Source: an uncultured archaeon
GTDB taxonomy: Archaea > Asgardarchaeota > Thorarchaeia > Thorarchaeales > Thorarchaeaceae
Direction of reading: 5' to 3'
Length of the DNA: 32,000 nucleotides
NCBI GenBank assembly: GCA_964354495.1
Contig: CAYHAA010000002.1
Span: 207,154 to 239,153, forward strand
Program-made: the position numbers and the translations under genes
The notes under the pieces: model-generated
The model's database searches: none
What the model saw: the letters and a program-made list of their open reading frames with translations, nothing else
Told to the model about the DNA's origin: nothing
Shown here: positions 9,565 through 16,844 of the stretch, one piece after another
Layout: every line of letters starts with the position of its first letter
Numbering within the stretch: the first letter of the stretch is position 1

Positions 9565-10287
9565 TTGTCCGGAGAGGTAGTTGTTAACGTGCAGGATTCG
9601 TATGCTATTGTAAAAATAGCGCGACCTGAGAAGATGAACTCGGTCACAAAGATCATGATGGAGTCATTCAATGAGAGTGTTTCAAGGATTACCAATGAAC
9701 CAGGCGTTCGAGCAATCATATTCACAGGAGAGGGAACGAGCGCTTTCAGCGCCGGCTTTGACATGGATACGATTCAAGGACTCAAAGGTCAGGAAAAAAA
9801 GGATTTCTTCAAACTCCTAGAACGAACGATGCGCCTGATTCGTGATAACAGAACATGTATCACAGTTGCAGCTGTTAATGGATATGCAATCGGTTTCGGT
9901 GCAATGCTGGCCCTAGCATGTGACTTTAGAATCTTCTCAAGCGGAGCCATCTTCAGACTTCCAGAAACGGAACTGTCTGTCTTCCCAGGTGCAGGAGCAG
10001 CCTCCTATCTGTTGCAGCTGGTCGGACCTTCTCGAGCCAAAGACATTCTGCTGACCGCACGCAAGGTTTCCGCGAAGGAAGCCATGCAAATCGGATTGGC
10101 TGACATAGTGGTGAAACAGGAGGAGATAATGGAGAGATGTGTTGGGTTCGTCCAAGAGCTGCTGAAGAAGGATCCAAAGATACTCATTAGGACCAAAACC
10201 CTCATTGACGGAATGACGGGCAAGGATCTATCAGAAGCCGAGGAATTGGAAACCGTGTACTTGGATGAGTGGCTTCGTGAGTTGTAG
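9565..10287 (+). CDS. Enoyl-CoA hydratase/isomerase (crotonase) family protein
   Basis: RPEKMNS, FSAGFDM oxyanion motif, AAVNGYAIGFG, LACDFRI, LPE and FPGAG. TTG start. Confidence 0.93.
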   Translation: MSGEVVVNVQDSYAIVKIARPEKMNSVTKIMMESFNESVSRITNEPGVRAIIFTGEGTSAFSAGFDMDTIQGLKGQEKKDFFKLLERTMRLIRDNRTCITVAAVNGYAIGFGAMLALACDFRIFSSGAIFRLPETELSVFPGAGAASYLLQLVGPSRAKDILLTARKVSAKEAMQIGLADIVVKQEEIMERCVGFVQELLKKDPKILIRTKTLIDGMTGKDLSEAEELETVYLDEWLREL

Positions 10288-10319
10288 TCCAAACGGCTTC
10301 AAACGAAGATACAGACCCA

Positions 10320-10329
10320 TTATTTAATT
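10320..10329 (+). promoter_or_regulatory. Putative archaeal TATA box (TTATTTAATT)
   Basis: AT-rich box in the intergenic gap about 40 nt upstream of the carbamate kinase start. Confidence 0.35.
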
Positions 10330-10367
10330 AGGAGATTCAGAAGCAGAGCAGACCCTATCTTCAAGAG

Positions 10368-11354
10368 ATGATTATCATGGCAAAGAAGGCGGTTATTGCT
10401 ATTGGAGGCAATAGTCTCATTACAGATAAGAATCACCAGACAGTACCAGACCAATATGCGGCTACTGCAGAAACCTGCAAGCATATTGCAGATATGATTC
10501 AGCAGGGTTGGGACGTGGTCATTACATCGGGTAACGGGCCTCAGGTCGGCTTCATATTAAGGAGGTCTGAGCTATCAGAGCACGAATTACACCCTGTTCC
10601 GCTGGACTATTGTGGTGCTGATACACAGGGTGCCATTGGGTACATGATTCAACGCGCTTTGTATAACGAGTTCCACGCTCGAAACATGACAAAACATGTA
10701 GCATCAATCGTCACACAGGTACGAGTGTCAAAAGATGATCCAGCGTTTCAAAAGCCCTCGAAACCCATCGGAAGTTTCATGGATGAGAAGACCGCCAAAA
10801 TAAAAGAGAAGGATAATCGATGGAATGTCAAAGAAGACTCAGGAAGGGGCTGGAGAAGGGTTGTGGCCTCACCAATTCCCAGAGAAATAATCGAGCTACC
10901 GGCAATCAGAGCACTGATTGAAGATGGAATCATTGTCTATGCAGTTGGCGGTGGCGGAATACCAGTAGTTACGGATGACACGGGAAAGCTTGAGGGAATT
11001 GCTGCAGTCATTGACAAAGATCGTGCTTCGAGCCTCCTCGCGACGGGACTTGATGCAGATGTTTTGATAATCTCAACTGCTGTCGAAAACGTCTATCTCA
11101 ACTATGGAAAGAAGGATGCAAAGGCAATAGACAAGATGGATCACATTCAAGCTCAGCAATACATTCAGGAAGGGCATTTTGCTGCAGGAAGTATGCTCCC
11201 GAAAATCGAGTCATGTGTTGAGTTCATCAAGAATGGGGGAGAAATGGCAATAATCACGGACCCTCCAAACATTTCCAGAGCGCTTCGAGGAGAAACAGGG
11301 ACAACAATTGTGAGAGGGTATGCAGTTCCACCTGCGCCACAACGAAGGCGTTGA
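10368..11354 (+). CDS. arcC: Carbamate kinase
   Basis: AIGGNSL, SGNGPQVG, GADTQGAIGY, PSKPIG, GWRRVVASP, GGGGIPV, AVIDKD and GSMLPKIES. Confidence 0.96.
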   Translation: MIIMAKKAVIAIGGNSLITDKNHQTVPDQYAATAETCKHIADMIQQGWDVVITSGNGPQVGFILRRSELSEHELHPVPLDYCGADTQGAIGYMIQRALYNEFHARNMTKHVASIVTQVRVSKDDPAFQKPSKPIGSFMDEKTAKIKEKDNRWNVKEDSGRGWRRVVASPIPREIIELPAIRALIEDGIIVYAVGGGGIPVVTDDTGKLEGIAAVIDKDRASSLLATGLDADVLIISTAVENVYLNYGKKDAKAIDKMDHIQAQQYIQEGHFAAGSMLPKIESCVEFIKNGGEMAIITDPPNISRALRGETGTTIVRGYAVPPAPQRRR

Positions 11355-11407
11355 CTCATACCGCTAGATTAATCGAAGGGCCGTGCAATAGAAAGATGGG
11401 ATGAATC

Positions 11408-11788
11408 ATGAGTCCTGTACAGATAAAGACAGAAAAGGCACCAAAAGCGATTGGTCCATACTCACAGGGAATAAAGGCAAAGGGGTTCGTATTCTGCTCG
11501 GGGCAAATACCAATCAATCCAAAGACCGGAGAACTTGTGACTGGATCTATTGCTGAGCAGACGCGACAGTGCCTATTAAATGTGAAAGGCGTAATTGAAA
11601 CGGCAGGTTCCTCAATGGGCAAGGTTGTGAAGACAACGGTGTTTCTGAGAGATATGAACGATTTTGCAGAGATGAATACTGAGTATGCAAATTGGTTCTC
11701 AGATCCAGCACCGGCACGTGCCACAGTCCAGGTAGCTCGTCTTCCGAAAGATGTCGGAATTGAGATCGAAGCGATAGCTGTGCAATGA
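11408..11788 (+). CDS. ridA: RidA family reactive intermediate/imine deaminase
   Basis: [27 protein letters not shown] and [12 protein letters not shown] with the catalytic Arg retained. Confidence 0.95.
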   Translation: MSPVQIKTEKAPKAIGPYSQGIKAKGFVFCSGQIPINPKTGELVTGSIAEQTRQCLLNVKGVIETAGSSMGKVVKTTVFLRDMNDFAEMNTEYANWFSDPAPARATVQVARLPKDVGIEIEAIAVQ

Positions 11789-12037
11789 TCGCCTAGTGAG
11801 CACTGTAGTTAGTCATGGGTCACTGAGTAATTCTGCCACCATCAAGGACGCAATTCGCGAAATCGAATGATTCAGTGGGAGTATTGAGTATTTCAACACG
11901 ATCAGCGACCTTCGCCCAAATGCCATTAGTGCTTGACACGAGAATTACCAAAAAGAAATGCATGTCAAGCTGCATTTGAGAATGTTTTTATCTTCGTACG
12001 ACCGGTACAGATATGCATATCGGTAAGGGTGCAAGAC

Positions 12038-13180
12038 ATGAGCTCTGACAATACAAAGATGTATAGCATTCTCGTCATAGTGATTCTTGTGGCCGGAGGG
12101 GCATTAGCTGCTCTCTATTTCTCCCAACCACAACCTGAAGAAACAGATGAACCGGCTGTAATCATCGTTGGACGAGATGCAACTTCCGTCAATGTATCAT
12201 TGACGGACATGCTAGCGATGACGACGATTACCAGGAATGGCTCGTATCAGAACTCCTATGGCAACATTAGAGGATTCGGACTGTACACGGGCGTGAGGAT
12301 TTCTGACCTTCTGGACCTGGTCGGAGGGACAGAAGAGAATGACACTGTAATTGTCATCGCTGCGGACAGCTACAACATGACATTCGATAGAAGCAAGGTC
12401 TACCCCAATGCTACCTTCCTAGAGATACAAGGTGATATGGTGCTCGCATTAAAATTCAATGGAACCAGAGTACCGGACTATGAGGAAGGCTTCAGAATAG
12501 CATTCTTGCCCGACGACGAATACTACTCAAACGCAGATGCAAATGACACGACAGATCCGGACCCGTCGGCCGCCGGGCCTCAGTGGGTTTCGAATGTTGT
12601 CACGATTTGCGTGGAACCGCCACCTCCGCCTGAACCGACTGCATTGATCCTGAGTTATGAGGATACAACACTCTCCTTTACAATGAGCGAGTTGATGGCC
12701 ATGACCCCAACAAGTGGTGAAGGGGGGTATAGGAGGTCACAAACTGGTACTATCATCGGGCCCTACAGTATAACTGGTGTCGCTTTCAGTACACTTCTTG
12801 GCTATTTGCCCGCGCTTCCTGCAGACTATAATCTCACAGCAGTGGCTAGCGATGATCGGATAACAGAATACACAAAGGAGATGGTCGAAGGCAGCCTCAG
12901 TGGTTATGACCCTTTTGGAAATCCACTTGAGTCGATTCAATCGACAATGGTGTTGGCATATCTAATAGAGGGCAGTCTAATCCCATCGGGGGACGGACCC
13001 TTGAGGATAGCATTCCTGAACGAAGATGGCAACCTAACGGATGGGTCCCTCTGGGCGAAGATGGTCGTGAACATTACAATTACAGCACTTCCAATAGCTG
13101 CAGGCCTCGATGGCGGTCCATCACCTGGCATGCCGGTCCTATCAAGCGGGAATACTCTTCAAACCGAAGTTAAGTTCTAG
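12038..13180 (+). CDS. Membrane-anchored surface protein with two tandem molybdopterin-oxidoreductase (sulfite oxidase/MsrP)-like domains
   Basis: One N-terminal TM helix, then two related domains (YTGVRISDLL...IAADSY...MVLALKFNG...FRIAF...WVSNVVTI; ITGVAFSTLL...VASDDR...MVLAYLIEG...GPLRIAF...WAKMVVNI) and 10 N-x-S/T sequons. I prefer ATG 12038 to the track's TTG 11933. Confidence 0.7.
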   Translation: MSSDNTKMYSILVIVILVAGGALAALYFSQPQPEETDEPAVIIVGRDATSVNVSLTDMLAMTTITRNGSYQNSYGNIRGFGLYTGVRISDLLDLVGGTEENDTVIVIAADSYNMTFDRSKVYPNATFLEIQGDMVLALKFNGTRVPDYEEGFRIAFLPDDEYYSNADANDTTDPDPSAAGPQWVSNVVTICVEPPPPPEPTALILSYEDTTLSFTMSELMAMTPTSGEGGYRRSQTGTIIGPYSITGVAFSTLLGYLPALPADYNLTAVASDDRITEYTKEMVEGSLSGYDPFGNPLESIQSTMVLAYLIEGSLIPSGDGPLRIAFLNEDGNLTDGSLWAKMVVNITITALPIAAGLDGGPSPGMPVLSSGNTLQTEVKF

Positions 13181-13195
13181 GCAACCAATTGTGCT

Positions 13196-13256
13196 CTCAG
13201 GACAATCTTTTTCTTCATTTCTGCAGGGCGATAGAATGAAGAAAGATTGTTCTGAG
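13196..13256. repeat. Long imperfect inverted repeat (hairpin) in intergenic DNA
   Basis: The left arm CTCAGGACAATCTTTTTCTTCATTTCT (13196-13222) pairs with the right arm AGAATGAAGAAAGATTGTTCTGAG (13233-13256). That gives 24 pairs including one G-U, two small bulges and a 10-nt loop. Confidence 0.75.
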
Positions 13257-13284
13257 TGCCCTTTTGGGCAAGGAGTGAACCCAA

Positions 13285-13914
13285 TTGGCGATAACACCGA
13301 CGGAGTGCATGGACATCGAATCGTTCCTTGGCGAAGCAGCTTCATTGATAGAGAAGAAGCTCTTCGACAAAGCACTGCTGGCGCTCCAACGTGGTCTGTC
13401 AATGGACCCGAACAATCCAAAGGCTTGGGAACGTGTTGCTGTCTGCAATCTTGAAATGGGCAAACCAAAGATGGCGATTGAAGCACTCAACAATCTTGTT
13501 AGAATACAGCCTAATTCCCAGTCAGGTTGGGCGGACAAGGGACTGCTACACCTGCTTCTCAATGAAACAACTGAAGGCATTGGCGCATTACAAAGGAGCG
13601 TCCGATTGAACCCCAGGCGAGTTCGAGACTGGGAACTACTTGCAACAGTTCTCATGTCTGAGGATCGCTGGGATGAGGCCTTGGAAGCCCTTGAGATTAC
13701 TATTGATCAGAATCCAAACTCAGCAATCGCGTGGTATAATCTTGCACTCTGCTATCTTTTCTTTGAGGAGTTCAAATTAGCAAGGAACGCGGCAGAGACA
13801 GCGCTCGCACTTGACCCATCTCTGGTGGACATTGCACACGATTGGTTCGATCTTGTTGACGTAGACATAATCATTGAGGACCATCCCTCGATATCAGATA
13901 TCGCAGCCAGCTAG
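13285..13914 (+). CDS. Small tetratricopeptide-repeat protein
   Basis: Consecutive TPRs (DPNNPKAWERVA, QPNSQSGWADKG, NPRRVRDWELLA, NPNSAIAWYNLA). The start is TTG 13285 or ATG 13309; both have GGAG upstream. Confidence 0.88.
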   Translation: MAITPTECMDIESFLGEAASLIEKKLFDKALLALQRGLSMDPNNPKAWERVAVCNLEMGKPKMAIEALNNLVRIQPNSQSGWADKGLLHLLLNETTEGIGALQRSVRLNPRRVRDWELLATVLMSEDRWDEALEALEITIDQNPNSAIAWYNLALCYLFFEEFKLARNAAETALALDPSLVDIAHDWFDLVDVDIIIEDHPSISDIAAS

Positions 13915-14127
13915 ATATTGCCCTATTCGTCGTTGCTCTACACTTTTCATGAGAAGAATTCTGCAATACAGAATTCGGGATGACTTGAAGAAATATCCTC
14001 TCTCAGTATATTTTCAAGGCTGCCATTCTTATCGTGATGAATTGGGATATACATGACACAATCTTTGAAAAGGGAGAAACGACACACAGAAGGTACTTAA
14101 GACATCCACAAAAGAGCCATACTAGAT

Positions 14128-14132
14128 GGAGG
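14128..14132 (+). promoter_or_regulatory. Shine-Dalgarno-like GGAGG for the large helical protein
   Basis: GGAGG lies 9 nt before the in-frame TTG at 14142. The same 9-nt spacing occurs for GGAG before the next two genes (16832-16835, 18232-18235). Confidence 0.55.
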
Positions 14133-14141
14133 CACGTCATT

Positions 14142-16832
14142 TTGGACAGTCACAGCTGGAGACGCGAACTTGACAAATTCGCGGAACTAAAGGGTATCTT
14201 GGTGTCGGTCAATCCGGCAATGGAAGAACAAGCAAATAGACATGTTCGAAACCTCTATGACATTTTTGCTCAGCTAAGCAAGCTTGAGAACGATTTAGCA
14301 ACAGCAGGAATGCTAAAGAAACGGAAGGTCCAAGCTGAGGTCGAAAAGACCCGAAGTGAGCTCGAAGACTCGTTCATGAAGGCAATTCGGGACTTCGCAG
14401 AGTACTTCCGAAAAGAACATAGAGATGTTATATCCATCCTTCCCAAGATTCAGGCCATAAAACCCGCAGAAGCAAAGTCCATCTCAACTATCAATTTCCC
14501 AGGAATCGGTGCAGGAGACCTGAAGGACTTCGAAGTGCTGCTCGAGTTCGCCAAGTCTTTCTCGAAGCTATACCTTGTAGTCCATCAGGAAGTTGCACGT
14601 GAAGTCAAGTCAACGCTGGATGAGAATAAGGCAACTGTCGATACATATGAGAGGCACATTACTATTGACAAGAGTGAGGTCTCGACGACTGTAGCAGACA
14701 ATGATGTTGTCGGTCTCTCGCTCCGCGATCTAATTCTTCTGAACGACAAGCTCACAGAGGACAGGAAATATCTTGACGCCCGAAAGGACGAAGTCAGCAG
14801 ACTACTTGGTTCATCGCTGGTAAGTGATACGGAATCACTACAGGCATCCGTCGAAACAGCTGCAAGATTAGGTCTGGACCTGCCAATCGAATTCTCACAG
14901 CAGCTCAGATTGATTGCCAGAGATGCCAGCAAAGCAGCTGACCTGACCACACTTGTTGCTCTCGAGAATCAACTTCATACCTCGAAAGTGAAAATGGCTA
15001 ATGTCCTAAGAGACAAGATTATCAACGTCAAGCACGAGGTCACACAGAAAATCGTCGAGGGCGGAATACCAACGACCTCGGAGATTATTCCGAGCCCTCC
15101 CACAGTCAGTGTCGAGGGAGAAGGAATTGCGGGACTCTTATCGAACTACCAACGAATGGTCGAGTGGGAAGGCCAAGTAAGAATCGCTCTTAGAGAACGG
15201 CTGTTTGAATTGCTCGACGACGTCGAAAAGGCGTCTGAAGTCCCAAAGGAGACCGGAATCAAAGATATAGTCACCGTGAGGCAGTTCATTGCAGAGTCAA
15301 AGGGTGTTCTGAAGAGTGCAGATATTGATGAGATGATCAGAATCTATCTCAAAGCTAAGGTCATGGACGACCAGTATCGAAAGGCAATCATAGATAGCAT
15401 CAGAGCGTATCTCACTCGATTCAATGAGTTGGCCACCTCAGCCGATAGAGTACTGGACCACGCGCAACTCAGTAAGAAGGCACCTAAGGTCGAAGAACTG
15501 GAAGGTGGAATCACGTATCTACTCGAGTCCCTTCTCACCTTGAGGGGAGCTGTAGAGAGCGGTGTGGCAACATTTAGAGACGCGTGTCAACAAGAGATTG
15601 ATGCAATCATACAGGATCTTCAGACAATAAAGCCAGCCTATGCTGAAATCTTCATGCCTATTATTGTTGATCTAGATGAGGGGTCCGCACGAATTCAAAA
15701 GATGGATGACTTTTCAGAGATCAAATCCGAGATGCGCTCAATCAAAGATACGATGCTTGCAAAAGCAAAAGATTCCTTGGAGAATCTCCGATACAGGCTT
15801 GGTGTGAAGATACGACTTGCAGCAGCAAAACTGATGGGTGCCGGGGTAGATATTCCTGCAGAGGTCCACGGAGCCATTAGTGAACTGAACAATGTCACTG
15901 TCGCCGCAGACACCGTCTTCGCTCTTCCTGCCGTTGCAAGAAAGATGATTGAGATCTACGAAAAGAAGATCTCGTCCAATGTCATCAACAGATTGAGCAA
16001 AGAGGTAGATGCACTTTACACATCACTTGATAGAGCGAAGAGCATTGGCGTGAAAGTGGACAAGGAGCTGAAGATGCTTCAGGAGCTCAAAGACAAACCA
16101 CCATCAGAGCTTGAAGAGGCTGCCGATGCATTTGACAAGCTCATGGGTTTGACCACATCACCTCAGGTCCACAAGAAGATTCGAGAAAGAGTCAATGAGG
16201 CTTACGTTCAGATCAAGAGTGCTGTGGCTCTCTTTGAGGACCAGGGGATGTCAGAATTCGTTGAGAGGCTGAAGGTTCTCATAGAGCAAGTCCCGGCGAG
16301 GCTCGATAAGGAATCTCCTCATGTAAATGATGCGCTTGATGTCTGTCTCACTCTAGCCAATATTCAGGAAGAGATGCTTACAGTCATTAAGAACATGGCA
16401 AATATGAGCCACGACAATTATGAACGGGAACTGAGAGCGAAGAGCCAATACTACTCCACAATCGTGAGGGTGGTCGAAAACCATCAAAACGATTTCAGTA
16501 AAGTTGTTTTCAATATCAAGAAGATGAAGGAGCTTGAGTCCACACTCAATGTGTTATCAAACCTTGATGAGGCCATAGCGTGCTTCCATGAGCTAGAGGA
16601 AATGCGAAAGCAATGGCTCGAGAAAGCTGTCGCAATGGACGATTGGCATAAATCCCTCAGGATGTTCATGACAGGTTTCAGCCCGGCTGCCAAACCTGAT
16701 GAGCGGGACAAGTTCATCGAGGAGGCAACTAGGAAGGTCAAGGAAACGTACTCCAGAGAGGATATCAGTTCTTATCTGAGCTGGGCTATCAAAGAAAGTG
16801 CACAAGCACTAGTTGGTAAGAGAAAATCATAG
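14142..16832 (+). CDS. Large (~896 aa) alpha-helical repeat/coiled-coil protein of unknown function
   Basis: Long ORF (the track starts at GTG 14034; I prefer TTG 14142 from the SD). It is L/E/K/A/I/D-rich and amphipathic-helical throughout, with no TM segment and no Walker A motif. Modules of about 61-72 aa are visible by eye. Confidence 0.8.
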   Translation: MDSHSWRRELDKFAELKGILVSVNPAMEEQANRHVRNLYDIFAQLSKLENDLATAGMLKKRKVQAEVEKTRSELEDSFMKAIRDFAEYFRKEHRDVISILPKIQAIKPAEAKSISTINFPGIGAGDLKDFEVLLEFAKSFSKLYLVVHQEVAREVKSTLDENKATVDTYERHITIDKSEVSTTVADNDVVGLSLRDLILLNDKLTEDRKYLDARKDEVSRLLGSSLVSDTESLQASVETAARLGLDLPIEFSQQLRLIARDASKAADLTTLVALENQLHTSKVKMANVLRDKIINVKHEVTQKIVEGGIPTTSEIIPSPPTVSVEGEGIAGLLSNYQRMVEWEGQVRIALRERLFELLDDVEKASEVPKETGIKDIVTVRQFIAESKGVLKSADIDEMIRIYLKAKVMDDQYRKAIIDSIRAYLTRFNELATSADRVLDHAQLSKKAPKVEELEGGITYLLESLLTLRGAVESGVATFRDACQQEIDAIIQDLQTIKPAYAEIFMPIIVDLDEGSARIQKMDDFSEIKSEMRSIKDTMLAKAKDSLENLRYRLGVKIRLAAAKLMGAGVDIPAEVHGAISELNNVTVAADTVFALPAVARKMIEIYEKKISSNVINRLSKEVDALYTSLDRAKSIGVKVDKELKMLQELKDKPPSELEEAADAFDKLMGLTTSPQVHKKIRERVNEAYVQIKSAVALFEDQGMSEFVERLKVLIEQVPARLDKESPHVNDALDVCLTLANIQEEMLTVIKNMANMSHDNYERELRAKSQYYSTIVRVVENHQNDFSKVVFNIKKMKELESTLNVLSNLDEAIACFHELEEMRKQWLEKAVAMDDWHKSLRMFMTGFSPAAKPDERDKFIEEATRKVKETYSREDISSYLSWAIKESAQALVGKRKS

Positions 16833-16844
16833 GAGCGTAAATTC

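Noticed and set aside
14163-14183. Near-perfect palindrome CGCGAACTTG-A-CAAATTCGCG
   Set aside because: It lies inside the coding region (RELDKFA) if the TTG 14142 start is right. It would matter only if the true start were ATG 14220.
14142-16832. SMC/Rad50-like ATPase or chemoreceptor assignment for the large helical protein
   Set aside because: No Walker A/B or signature motif, no CxxC hook and no TM segments.
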